Source: Sandaracinaceae bacterium (GTDB taxonomy: Bacteria > Myxococcota_A > Polyangia > Polyangiales > Sandaracinaceae). Taken from it: a DNA stretch of 64,000 nucleotides. Positions within the stretch are counted from its first letter, which is position 1; each line of letters begins with the position of its first letter. The position numbers were made by a program, and so were the translations under genes. Below are positions 52,629 through 61,972 of this stretch, one piece after another. Under the pieces are notes generated by a model. The model made no database searches. It saw nothing but the letters and a program-made list of their open reading frames with translations, and was not told the DNA's origin. The stretch spans positions 1 to 64,000 of the forward strand of contig JBGAQA010000025.1 in NCBI GenBank assembly GCA_044220955.1, read 5' to 3'.

Positions 52629-54479
52629 TCAGGCCCCGATGGCGTGTTTTCGCATCCAGGCGTCGAGCACGACGAGCGCCCAGAGGCCCTTGGCGTGGTC
52701 GCCGCGACGCGCCGCGTGGGCGTCGGCGAAGCGACGGAATGCATCGCGCTCGAGGACGGACCAGCAGGGCGAGTCGCGCAGGATCGCGCGTAGGCGCGGC
52801 GCGAGCGGGCCGCGCAGCCACGCGGCGAGCGGGACCGAGAAGCCGTGCTTGCCGCGCTCGAGGATCGACGGCGGCAGCGCGTGCTCGCTCGCGCGGCGCA
52901 GGAGCCACTTGCCCACCGGGCCGCGAACCTTGTCGCGCGAGGGGATGCGACGCGCGAGCGCGACCACGTCCTCGTCCAGGAACGGCGGCCGCGCCTCGAG
53001 GCCGTGCGCCATGCTCGCGCGGTCGACCTTGGTCAGCACCGATCCCGGCATGTACGTGCGGAAGTCCAGCGCGCTGGCGAGCGCGATGGGATCCGGGGCG
53101 TCGACCGGCTCCGCGAGCGTCCCCGGCCGCACGAAACGCGCGCCCATCGCCTCGCGCAGCTCCGGCAGATCGAGCGCGCTCATCCAGCGCAGGTGCCGCG
53201 TCTTGGGGTCGTCGTCCCAGCGGCCGAGGAAGCGCTTCACCTTCCAGTCGAGGGCCTGGTAGCGGTCGCTGGCCGGGATCCTCTCGAGCAGCGCGCGCGC
53301 ACGCCGGGATCGAAACAGCGGCGTGATGGGCCGCAAGAGGCGCGCGTGCAGCACGTGCGCGCGGTACGTCGGGTAGCCGCCGAAGAGCTCGTCCGCGCCG
53401 TCGCCGCCGAGCGCGACCTTCACGTGCCCCGCGGCGAGCCGGCAGAGCACGTACGTCGGCAGGATCGAGTGGTCCCCGAGCGGCTCGTCGAGGTGATCGA
53501 GCACGCGATCGACGTTCTCGAGCAGCGCCGCCTCGCCGAGCTTCTGCTCGACGTGCTCGAGGCCCAGGTGCGCCGACATGCGGCGCGCGTGCGCGCTCTC
53601 GTCGAAGCTGGCGTCGTCGAACGCGATGCAGAAGGCCTGGAGCTTCGTCTTGCTCCGGCGCGCGGCGAGCGCGGCCACGCACGAGCTGTCGAGCCCGCCG
53701 GAGAGGAACACGCCGAGCGGGACGTCGCTCATCAGCTGCGACTCGACGGCGCGATCGAGCGTCTCCCAGAGCTCGCGCGGCGTCGGCGGCGGCCCCGGCT
53801 CGGGCGCCGGGACGTACGAGCGCCGCTCCCACGCCCGCCCGACGCGCCCGACCAGCGACTCGCCTGGTGCGAGCTTCTCGACGCCCTCGATCAGCGTGTG
53901 TGGCGGGTGCGCGTAGTCGGAGAAGAGGTACGACGCGAGCCCCGCGTCGCTCACCTTCCGCTTCACCTCGGGCACACGGAGGATCGCCGAGAGCTCCGAC
54001 GCGAAGGCGATGCCGCCGCCCGGCAGGTGCGCGACGTAGAGCGGCTTGATGCCGAAGCGATCGCGGCAGAGCAGTACCGTCCCGTCGCGCTGATCGAACG
54101 CGCAGAACGCGAACATCCCGTGCAGCTCCGCCGCGATGCGCTCCCCCCAGCGAGCGAACCCGGCGACGATCACCTCGGTGTCGCTCCGGGTGTGGAAGCG
54201 GGCGCCCTCCTTCTCGAGCAGCGCGCGGGTGCGGAGGTGGTCGTAGATCTCGCCGTTGAACGACACGATCGCGTGCCGCTCCGCGTCTTGCATCGGCTGC
54301 GCGCCGGTCTTCAGGTCCACGATCGAGAGGCGCCGGTGCCCGAGCGTGGCGACGCGTCCGTTCGCGATGCTCACTTGCACGCCCTCGCCGTCGGGCCCGC
54401 GGTGCGCGATCGCGCGGCACATCTCGCGCACGAGCGCCTCGCGCGGCTCGCTCCCGATGATGCCCGCGATCCCGCACAT
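52629..54479 (-). CDS. asnB: Asparagine synthase (glutamine-hydrolysing) family amidotransferase
   Basis: MCGIAG, HRGPD, FNGEIY, RDRFGIKPLY, LSGGLDSS, GDGADELFGGY, KVDRASM. Confidence 0.92.
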   Translation of the reverse strand: MCGIAGIIGSEPREALVREMCRAIAHRGPDGEGVQVSIANGRVATLGHRRLSIVDLKTGAQPMQDAERHAIVSFNGEIYDHLRTRALLEKEGARFHTRSDTEVIVAGFARWGERIAAELHGMFAFCAFDQRDGTVLLCRDRFGIKPLYVAHLPGGGIAFASELSAILRVPEVKRKVSDAGLASYLFSDYAHPPHTLIEGVEKLAPGESLVGRVGRAWERRSYVPAPEPGPPPTPRELWETLDRAVESQLMSDVPLGVFLSGGLDSSCVAALAARRSKTKLQAFCIAFDDASFDESAHARRMSAHLGLEHVEQKLGEAALLENVDRVLDHLDEPLGDHSILPTYVLCRLAAGHVKVALGGDGADELFGGYPTYRAHVLHARLLRPITPLFRSRRARALLERIPASDRYQALDWKVKRFLGRWDDDPKTRHLRWMSALDLPELREAMGARFVRPGTLAEPVDAPDPIALASALDFRTYMPGSVLTKVDRASMAHGLEARPPFLDEDVVALARRIPSRDKVRGPVGKWLLRRASEHALPPSILERGKHGFSVPLAAWLRGPLAPRLRAILRDSPCWSVLERDAFRRFADAHAARRGDHAKGLWALVVLDAWMRKHAIGA

Positions 54480-54491
54480 GGAAGCGGAGCC

Positions 54492-55535
54492 CTATTCGCT
54501 CGGGCGCGAGAGCGAGCGCACCGCGGGGAAGCCGATGCGGCGCGCGATCGGATACGGCGCACGACCCTGCGACTCGAAGTACGTGCGGACGACGAGCTCC
54601 GCGAGCAGGCCTAGCCCGAGGGACTGCACACCGAGCAGCCCGGAGATGAGCGCGATGTTGAAGAGCGGGTTCCGGTGGACCCACACGCCGTCGGCGAACT
54701 TCTCGTAGAGCACGAGCGCCGAGAGCGCGGCCGCCAGCCCCATCATCCCGACGCCGGCGCCACCGAACACGTAGATGGGCTTGGTCGCGAAGCGGCGGAG
54801 AAACCAGACGGTGAGCAGATCGAGGAGCACCTTCACGGTGCGCGAGAGGCCGTACTTGCTCACGCCGGCAACGCGCGCGCGGTGGCCCACCTCGAGCTCG
54901 CTCACGCGCGCGCCCTGGCTCTCTGCGAGCGGCACGAGGAAGCGGTGCATCTCGCCGTAGAGGCGGATCTCGTCGGTGATCTCGCGCTCGTAGACCTTCA
55001 GCGAACAGCCGAGGTCGTGGATCTTCGTTCCGGTGACCCAGCGGATGAACCAGTTGGCGATGCGCGAGGGGACCTTGCGCAGGAACATCCCGTCCTTGCG
55101 ATCCCGCCGCCAGCCGGTGACGACGTCGAAGCCCTCGTCGAGCTTCGCGAGCAACCGCGGGATGTCGGCCGGATCGTTCTGGCGATCGGCGTCCATCGTC
55201 ACGACGCGGCGGCCGGTCGCGTGGCGGAAGCCGGCGTCGAACGCCGCGGCCTGGCCGCAGTTGCGCCGGAACACCACCACGCGCAGCCAGGCCTTGTCAC
55301 CGGCGAGCTTCTCGAGCAGCTCGCGCGAGCCATCACGGCTACCGTCGTCGACGGCGATCACCTCGAAGCCGATCTTCGCGCCGCTCAGCGCGGCCTCGAT
55401 CTCGTCGAGCAGCGGAACCAGGTTGTCCTTCTCCTCGAAGATCGGCAGCACGACGCTCAGCTCGGGCGGCAGAGCGTCGCGCCCCGCGCCGCTGGCTTCC
55501 TTGCCCGCCGTCTCTCGCTGCTCTGCCGCGCTCAT
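54492..55535 (-). CDS. GT2 polyprenol-phosphate glycosyltransferase (ArnC/DPM1-like)
   Basis: VDDGSRD, RNCGQAAA, TMDADRQNDP, HRFL, two C-terminal TM helices. Confidence 0.9.
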   Translation of the reverse strand: MSAAEQRETAGKEASGAGRDALPPELSVVLPIFEEKDNLVPLLDEIEAALSGAKIGFEVIAVDDGSRDGSRELLEKLAGDKAWLRVVVFRRNCGQAAAFDAGFRHATGRRVVTMDADRQNDPADIPRLLAKLDEGFDVVTGWRRDRKDGMFLRKVPSRIANWFIRWVTGTKIHDLGCSLKVYEREITDEIRLYGEMHRFLVPLAESQGARVSELEVGHRARVAGVSKYGLSRTVKVLLDLLTVWFLRRFATKPIYVFGGAGVGMMGLAAALSALVLYEKFADGVWVHRNPLFNIALISGLLGVQSLGLGLLAELVVRTYFESQGRAPYPIARRIGFPAVRSLSRPSE

Positions 55536-55596
55536 CGGTCCGGGCGATCGTTGCAGATCCCCGCGCCGGCGGCCAGAGAACGCGGCCGACGGGCGG

Positions 55597-55613
55597 CGAA
55601 AGAAAGCTGCAAG
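55597..55613 (+). promoter_or_regulatory. Candidate OmpR/CpxR-type direct repeat
   Basis: CGAAAG-N5-TGCAAG (11-bp period) upstream of the Spy-like gene. Confidence 0.3.
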
Positions 55614-55663
55614 GTCTGGCTCGTATCCATGTTCGAGAGCCGGATGGACCGGCAGAGGAGAAG

Positions 55664-56110
55664 ATGGAAGCCATGAACAAGCCCCTCGCGTCGCTGCTGG
55701 TCGCCCTCACGCTCGCGCTCGGCGCCGCCCCGGCGCTCGCCCAGGACGCGACCCCGGCCCACCCGCACCACGGCCACCCGGGCGCGCGCCCCTTCTCGCC
55801 CGAGGCGATGGAGCGCCGCCTCGCGCACCTCACCGAGCGCCTCGCGCTCGACGCGCACCAGGTCACCTCGGTCCGGCAGATCCTCGAGGCCACCCGCGCC
55901 CAGGCCGAGGCGCTCCGCACCACGGGCACGCCGGGCCCGGAGCGCCGCCAGCAGTTCCGCGCGCTGCTCGAGAGCTCCCGGGAGCAGATCGACGCGGTCC
56001 TGAGCGAGCCGCAGCGCGCCCAGTTCGCCGCCATGATCGCCGAGCGACGCGCGCGGATCCGCGGACGGATGGAGGAGCGATGCGCTCATCGCGCGGGCCC
56101 CGGCATCTGA
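55664..56110 (+). CDS. Periplasmic Spy/CpxP-like protein
   Basis: SD GAGGAG; signal ALA-Q; LALDAHQ and VLSEPQ (LTxxQ-like); His-rich N-terminus. Confidence 0.7.
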   Translation: MEAMNKPLASLLVALTLALGAAPALAQDATPAHPHHGHPGARPFSPEAMERRLAHLTERLALDAHQVTSVRQILEATRAQAEALRTTGTPGPERRQQFRALLESSREQIDAVLSEPQRAQFAAMIAERRARIRGRMEERCAHRAGPGI

Positions 56111-56239
56111 CCCACGCGCGTATGCTGTGCGGGTCGATGACTCAGAGGCTGTCCCCAAGTCGACGCGAGCTACGGGCATGATCCGCCGGCCGCGCGAGGC
56201 GAGCGGGCGTGAGCCGCGTCGGAGGAGCGGTCGGGCCCC

Positions 56240-56953
56240 GTGACCGATTCACTCGGCACGGGGCCCGGCGGGCATCCGCCGCGAGGAGCCCAGCGCATCC
56301 TTCTGGTCGAGGATGATCCCGACCTCGGAGCCCAGCTTCGCCGCGACCTCGGCAAGGCGGGCTTCGAGGTCCGCTGGATCGCGGACGGCGACGAGGCCCG
56401 GCGCGCCGGCGTCGAGGGGATCGACCTCGTCATCCTCGATCTCATGCTCCCCGGCACCTATGGGCTCGATCTGCTCAAGCTGATCCGCGGACAGAGCGAG
56501 GTTCCGGTGCTGGTCGTGACCGCCCGCGATCACACGGCCGACAAGGTGCGCGCGCTCGGACTCGGCGCGGACGACTACGTGACCAAGCCGTTCTGGCCGG
56601 AGGAGCTGCTCGCGCGCGTCAAGGCGCGCCTGCGTCGTCCCGAGCTCAAGAAGGACGGTGGCAAGAGCGTGCGGGCCGGCTCGCTCGAGGTGCGCGAGAG
56701 CGAGCACCGCGCGCTGCTCGATGGCGAGGTGGTCGAGCTCTCCCGCACGGAGCTCGCCGTGCTCTTCGCGCTCGCGCGTCGGGCCGGACGGCCCGTGGAG
56801 CGCGCTCGGATCGCCGAAGAGGCGCTCGACGGCGACGGCGACGCGCGTGGCCTCGACGTCCACGTCTCGCGCCTGCGAAAGAAGCTCGGCGCGGAGGGCA
56901 AGCGCATCACGACCGTCTGGGGCATCGGCTACCGGCTCGAGACGGACCCGTGA
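56240..56953 (+). CDS. OmpR-family response regulator
   Basis: LLVEDD, ILDLMLPG, DDYVTKPF, DVHVSRLRKKL, TVWGIGY. Confidence 0.93.
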   Translation: MTDSLGTGPGGHPPRGAQRILLVEDDPDLGAQLRRDLGKAGFEVRWIADGDEARRAGVEGIDLVILDLMLPGTYGLDLLKLIRGQSEVPVLVVTARDHTADKVRALGLGADDYVTKPFWPEELLARVKARLRRPELKKDGGKSVRAGSLEVRESEHRALLDGEVVELSRTELAVLFALARRAGRPVERARIAEEALDGDGDARGLDVHVSRLRKKLGAEGKRITTVWGIGYRLETDP

Positions 56954-58320
56954 CCGCGCCCACGCCCAGCCTGCGGTGGCGCGTGGCCCTCGCGTTGATC
57001 GCGGTCGTCGTGCCCACGACGCTCGGGTTCGCGCTGGTCACGTACCGCGCGCGGCGCGAGGCCCTGCTCGAGAGCACGTACGAGTCGGTGCTCGCGCGCA
57101 TGGAGAGCGGAGGGCGCGAGCGCTGCGAGGCGCGCGGACCGGACGATCGAGGCCCCCGGGGTGCGCGGCGGGGCCGCGGCGCCCGCCGCGCGCTGGATCT
57201 CGTCACGCGCTACGACGCGTCGCTCCGCCCCGCCGACCCCGGCGCGCCCACGCTCCCCCCCTCGGTGAGAGCGGCGTTCGACGGGGGCGAGAACGCCGTG
57301 CTCGTCGCCGGGACCGCCCGCGGAGGGCCGCGCGTCGCGCTCCGCATGCCGTGGGACCAGGGTCCCTGCGCGGTGGTCGTGGTCCCGGCTCCGCGCGCGA
57401 TCGTCGCGGGGGGCTTCGTCCGCGACGTCGTGCTCGCCCTGGTCGTCCTCTTGCTCGCGCTGCTCGCCGCGACGCTCGCGCTCGGCCCGCCGCTGCGGCG
57501 CCTCCGTCAGCTCTCCTCGGCCGTGCAGGCGGCGGACGGCGCCGGGCCGGTCGTGCCCGCGTCGGCGCGCGGGCGCGACGAGATCGGCGTGCTGGCCGGC
57601 GCGCTCGAGCGCTCGGCCGAGCGCGTGCGCGCGCAGATCGGCGAGCTCGAGGCGAGGAGCCGGGCGCTCGCCGAGTACGTCGACGGCACGACGCACGATC
57701 TCGCGCTGCCGCTAACGGTGATCCAGGGACATCTCGCGGCCCTCGGGCAGGACGCCGCGCGCGGCGCGCCGGCCAGCGAGGACGACGTGCGCGGCGCCGC
57801 CGCGTCCGCGAACTACCTCGCGCAGCTCGCGGCCAACCTCGCCGCCGCCGCGCGCCTCGAGGGCGGCGTCACGCCCGAGCGGCGTCCGGTGGACGTCGGC
57901 GTCCTCGTCCAGCGCGTGCTCGCGCGCCTGGCGCCGATCGCGCGTCACCGGCAGGTAGAGCTCGCCGCCGCGCTGCCCGACGCGCCCGCCATGCTCGAGG
58001 GGGACGAGCTCCTGCTCGAGCGCGCGCTCGCGAACCTCGTCCACAACGCGATCCGTCACCGCGGGACGGACGCCGGGAACGTGGCGGTGATCGTCCGCGG
58101 CGCTCCCTTGCGCGTCACGGTCAAGAGCGACGGGGCGAGGATCGACGACGACGCGCTCGCCTCGCTCCGCGAGGGCCGAGTCCCCCCCGACCACGCCCGC
58201 ACGCGTGGCCGCGGCCTCGGCCTCTCGATCGTGCGCAAGGTCGCCGCGCTGCACGCGCTCCGCGTCGACTTCGACCGCGGCGAGGACGGCGCGCTCGAGG
58301 TCAGCCTCGGTCCGAGGTGA
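56950..58320 (+). CDS. Sensor histidine kinase (two TM helices, HAMP)
   Basis: DEIGVL, THDLALPL (H box), NLVHNAIRH, GRGLGLSI; GTGA overlap. Confidence 0.9.
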   Translation: MTAPTPSLRWRVALALIAVVVPTTLGFALVTYRARREALLESTYESVLARMESGGRERCEARGPDDRGPRGARRGRGARRALDLVTRYDASLRPADPGAPTLPPSVRAAFDGGENAVLVAGTARGGPRVALRMPWDQGPCAVVVVPAPRAIVAGGFVRDVVLALVVLLLALLAATLALGPPLRRLRQLSSAVQAADGAGPVVPASARGRDEIGVLAGALERSAERVRAQIGELEARSRALAEYVDGTTHDLALPLTVIQGHLAALGQDAARGAPASEDDVRGAAASANYLAQLAANLAAAARLEGGVTPERRPVDVGVLVQRVLARLAPIARHRQVELAAALPDAPAMLEGDELLLERALANLVHNAIRHRGTDAGNVAVIVRGAPLRVTVKSDGARIDDDALASLREGRVPPDHARTRGRGLGLSIVRKVAALHALRVDFDRGEDGALEVSLGPR

Positions 58321-58332
58321 CACGAGCTCCGC

Positions 58333-60156
58333 TCAGGGACAGCTCCGCTCGTAGATCACGACGGACGGGCCGTACTGCGCCGCCTCGGGGGAGCTCGGCC
58401 ACCACGGTCGCGTGAAGCCCCAGAGCGGCATGTAGAAGTGATCCTGGTCGTCCCACGTCGCGTCGCAGGCGACCCCCTCGGGCTCGAAGCGCGCGACCTC
58501 GTGGTAGCAGCGCTCCGGCGGATCGTAGGCCGCGAAGCGCGAGACGGGCTGGCCGCAGGGCAGCCAGGGCTGGGCGACGGCCACCCAGTGCGCCGTCGGC
58601 GTCGAGGCGTTGTGCAGGAGGCCCCAGTACACGAGCTCGGCGCCGAGCGGGTGCCAGCTCGCAGGGCGATCGGTGATCAGGCGCGTGCTGTCCGGCGCGC
58701 CCTGGAGCCGCAGCGCGGGGGGGGCGCCGAACGCCGGCGGCAGGCGCGCCTCGCAGGCGTCGGCCACCCGATCGTCGAGCCCGATCATGCGCGAGTAGCC
58801 CCCGAGCATGTCGATGGGCTCGTCGTGCGCGTGCGCGCGGAGCCAGGCCGTCGCGCGATCCCGCGTGTCGGGGCGCGCGAGGATCCGGGTCATCTCGACG
58901 GATCGGAACGCCGGCTCGAAGGCGAGCAGGACCGAGATCACGGCGGCGATCCACGCGCGCCTGCGGAAGTCCGCGTCCCCGGGCTCGCCCTTCTCGAAGC
59001 GCCGGCGCGAGAGGAAGCGCGCGAGCAGCACGATCAGCACGCCCGCCCCGACGCACGCCGTCGGATGCGCGGGCAGCGAGTAGCGCGCGAAGTAGAGCGT
59101 CGTTCGCCCGACGATCGCGGCGTGGAAGAACAGCGTCCAGAAGCCGATCAGGAACACCGAGGGCGCGCGCTTGCGCAGTCCGATCCCGATGCAGCCGAGC
59201 GCGCCGAGCGCGCCGACGATGGTCAGCGGCCAGCCGAGCGCGAAGGGGAACGACACGCGCGCGTGCCGGGTGATGCCGAACTCGATGGGCACGTCGGGGT
59301 AGATCGAGAAGGCGCGCGGCGCGTTCGGGTCGTAGCGCAAGGCGACGCTGGTCGCGCCCTCGAGGAACGTGCTCGGCGAGTCGAGGAACGTCGGGTTCGT
59401 GAGCACGAACGCGCCCAGCGCGCCGCCCACGCCCAGCAGGATCGCTGCGGCGTTGCGCGGCTCGGCGCCGTGGCGCTTGAGCCGCACACCGAGCGCGATC
59501 ACCGGAACGAGCGCGAAGGGCAGCCCGGTCCACTTGCACGCGATCGCCAGGCCCAGCGCGACGCCGCACGTGAAGAAGTCGACGAGCCAGCCGCGCTCGA
59601 GCCCGCGCACGGCCGCGATCAGCATCCACGTCATGAAGAAGATCAGCGGCTGATCGGACACGGCGAAGTGCGCGTCGCGCGAGGCGAGGACGTTCACGCA
59701 GTAGAAGAGGCCGCTCGAGAGCGCGACGGCGTGGCGCTCGCCGGGCGCGAACGTCCGAGGCGTGGCGAGCCAGCCGAGGCGCATCACCAGCCCGACGGTG
59801 GCCGTGGCGAACCCCGCTGCCAGCCATCGCAGCGGGACGAGCAGGCGCTCGGAGTCGAGCGCGAAGACGCACCCGAGCGAGACGTCCTGGCCGTACCGCT
59901 CCGTCCAGTAGGCCCGGAGCAACACCTGCACCCAGTGGTGCACGCGGAACCACGCCTCGGGCCAGCCGCCCTCGGCCACGTGTGGGTTGTCCTCGCCGAA
60001 GAGGCGCATCCCGATCTGGGCGAAGATCTCCTCGTCCGGTCGGCCCCAGGGGGCGCTCTGCCCGAACTCCAGCCCGACGAAGCGCAGCCCCGCGGCGAGC
60101 AGCAGGATCCCGCCGTACGCCAGCCCGAGCCGATGCCGCGCCGTGAGCCGGGCCAT
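58333..60156 (-). CDS. GT-C fold glycosyltransferase (ArnT/PMT-like)
   Basis: LRF.GL...RPDE after TM1, GLAIACKW, RYSLP, about 11 TM helices plus soluble C-terminus. Confidence 0.8.
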   Translation of the reverse strand: MARLTARHRLGLAYGGILLLAAGLRFVGLEFGQSAPWGRPDEEIFAQIGMRLFGEDNPHVAEGGWPEAWFRVHHWVQVLLRAYWTERYGQDVSLGCVFALDSERLLVPLRWLAAGFATATVGLVMRLGWLATPRTFAPGERHAVALSSGLFYCVNVLASRDAHFAVSDQPLIFFMTWMLIAAVRGLERGWLVDFFTCGVALGLAIACKWTGLPFALVPVIALGVRLKRHGAEPRNAAAILLGVGGALGAFVLTNPTFLDSPSTFLEGATSVALRYDPNAPRAFSIYPDVPIEFGITRHARVSFPFALGWPLTIVGALGALGCIGIGLRKRAPSVFLIGFWTLFFHAAIVGRTTLYFARYSLPAHPTACVGAGVLIVLLARFLSRRRFEKGEPGDADFRRRAWIAAVISVLLAFEPAFRSVEMTRILARPDTRDRATAWLRAHAHDEPIDMLGGYSRMIGLDDRVADACEARLPPAFGAPPALRLQGAPDSTRLITDRPASWHPLGAELVYWGLLHNASTPTAHWVAVAQPWLPCGQPVSRFAAYDPPERCYHEVARFEPEGVACDATWDDQDHFYMPLWGFTRPWWPSSPEAAQYGPSVVIYERSCP

Positions 60157-60315
60157 GCGCGCGCCGTGCTAGCACGCGCGGAGCCCCGGGAGAAAGAGGT
60201 GCGCGCGCGTGTGGCTGTTCTTGATCGCGGCTCGCCGGGGTGGGTAGTATCCCAGCGGCTTCCCGTCCGGGGAGGTCTGCGCGCGCGTCCGTCGTCGGTC
60301 GCGCTACGAGGATTC

Positions 60316-61935
60316 ATGCGATTTTCCGAACGCTTCAACGCCGCCGCCGTCGCGCCGGTCCTGATCTCTCTGGCCCTCGGAGCGTGTGCCATCACCGAAG
60401 CGGACATCGAGACGTGGAAGGGGACCGTCCGCGGGCCCGGCCGCATCGTCGCGGTGCTCAGCTCGCCCCGCTACCACGACGAGCTGCGCGTCCGCGCAGG
60501 GCTCGCCCTGGTGGAGATGGAGCGCAGCGACGTCGATGGTGTGGCCGAGCTACAGCAGGCCGTCCGGGCGCTGCCCGAGGAGGATCGGACCCGCCTGGTG
60601 GACGGCATGGCGCAGAGCCCCGTCGGCCTGCTCGCGCTGATGCGCGGCGAGGGCGCTGCCGCCTCGGCCACCCCGCCGGGCCCCAACGATCCGCCGCCGC
60701 CGATCGAGGTGCGCGCGAAGGACGCCTCGTTCCTGCTGCTCCAGTACGCCAGCCCCGCGGTCCGGCAGCAGATGACCGACGGCGTCGTGGGGTGGTTCAC
60801 CGTGGACTTCAACGGTCGCAACCTCTCGGGCAGCTTCAGCGCCGAGCAGGTCGTCCGCCAGCTCGGCGCGCCGGCCTGCGGGCAGCTCGTCGACGCCATG
60901 ACGGCCCGCATCCCGCAGGCGGCGCTCGTGCAGATCGCGCTCCTGATCTCGCAGCTCGCCGACGACCCCACGAAGGCGCGCGCCGGGGAGCGAATCGTGG
61001 CGATCGAGCGCGAGATGGAGGGCGCCGAGTTCGGCACCTGGCTCCGGGAGCGCATCACCAACCAGGCGACCGCGACCGGCCGCACGCTCGACGAGGCCCA
61101 CCTCGTGACGACGACGGAGCTCAACCGAGAGCAGTTCATCACGCTGGGCGCCCTGCCCGCGATGCACAACCTCGGCGACCAGGCGACGGTGCAGGCGCGC
61201 CTCATGGAGATCGCGCAGCAGACCGCGGCGCCGCCGCCCACCACCCCCCGGGGCCTCGAGGATCGCCGTGTCACGGCGCTGCAGGCGCTCGAGGGCCACA
61301 CGCCCACGGGCTCGACGCAGACGCTGCTCGCGCTCGCGCTGAACGCGGCGTCGCCCGACCGTGTCCGCGACTACGCGTTCGATCGGGTAGCGGACGCGCA
61401 CGATCGAAGCGTGCTGCCGCAGCTCTGGCCGATCGCTACGCAGGTCAACGCGGAGAACGACCACACGCTGTGGCGCGTCCGGTGGCGCGTCGGAACGCTG
61501 CTCCTGACGATCGGCGGCGCGGACGTGGTGACCGAGTGGTTCACGCGCTTGCCCGTCGGCGAGCACATCCGCTACGCCCGCGAGGAGCTGCACGGCTACG
61601 CCGAGCGCCTCGCGCAGATTCGCCCCGAGCAGACCGCGACCGTGCGCACGCAGCTCGCCAACGAGGACTGGGCGCACCAGGCGATCGCCCTCTACTACTT
61701 CGACCGCGCGGGGACCGAGGCGGATCTGCCGGCGCTGCAGGCGATGACCACCTCGACCGTGGCGACGCACGGCGATCACTGGGAGTCGCACACGACCCTG
61801 GGCGCGATCGCCACCGACGCGATCGCGGCCATCCGCGAGCGCGCTGCGAGCGCGTCGACCGCCCCCACGACGCCGGCGGCGCCGGCCGCGCCCGCAGCAC
61901 CGGCCGCGCCCGCAGCGCCGGCGCCCGCACCTTGA
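60316..61935 (+). CDS. Helical-repeat (HEAT-like) lipoprotein
   Basis: SD GAGGA; lipobox LGAC; all-alpha pattern; C-terminal PAA repeats. Confidence 0.7.
   Translation: MRFSERFNAAAVAPVLISLALGACAITEADIETWKGTVRGPGRIVAVLSSPRYHDELRVRAGLALVEMERSDVDGVAELQQAVRALPEEDRTRLVDGMAQSPVGLLALMRGEGAAASATPPGPNDPPPPIEVRAKDASFLLLQYASPAVRQQMTDGVVGWFTVDFNGRNLSGSFSAEQVVRQLGAPACGQLVDAMTARIPQAALVQIALLISQLADDPTKARAGERIVAIEREMEGAEFGTWLRERITNQATATGRTLDEAHLVTTTELNREQFITLGALPAMHNLGDQATVQARLMEIAQQTAAPPPTTPRGLEDRRVTALQALEGHTPTGSTQTLLALALNAASPDRVRDYAFDRVADAHDRSVLPQLWPIATQVNAENDHTLWRVRWRVGTLLLTIGGADVVTEWFTRLPVGEHIRYAREELHGYAERLAQIRPEQTATVRTQLANEDWAHQAIALYYFDRAGTEADLPALQAMTTSTVATHGDHWESHTTLGAIATDAIAAIRERAASASTAPTTPAAPAAPAAPAAPAAPAPAP
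61873..61932 (+). repeat. Coding 9-bp tandem repeat (PAA)n
   Basis: CCGGCGGCG CCGGCCGCG CCCGCAGCA CCGGCCGCG CCCGCAGCG. Confidence 0.7.
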
Positions 61936-61972
61936 GACGAACGGCCCTCGATTTCCCAGGAGAGAGCGGTCC

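Noticed and set aside
52629..54479. Lasso peptide cyclase interpretation of the AsnB-like gene
   Set aside because: Has an intact N-terminal Cys glutaminase domain; neighbours are glycosyltransferases; no B protein or precursor
58438..60315. 1165-aa plus-strand ORF as one protein
   Set aside because: The first 626 codons are antisense to the GT-C gene; the credible start is ATG 60316, with SD and lipoprotein signal
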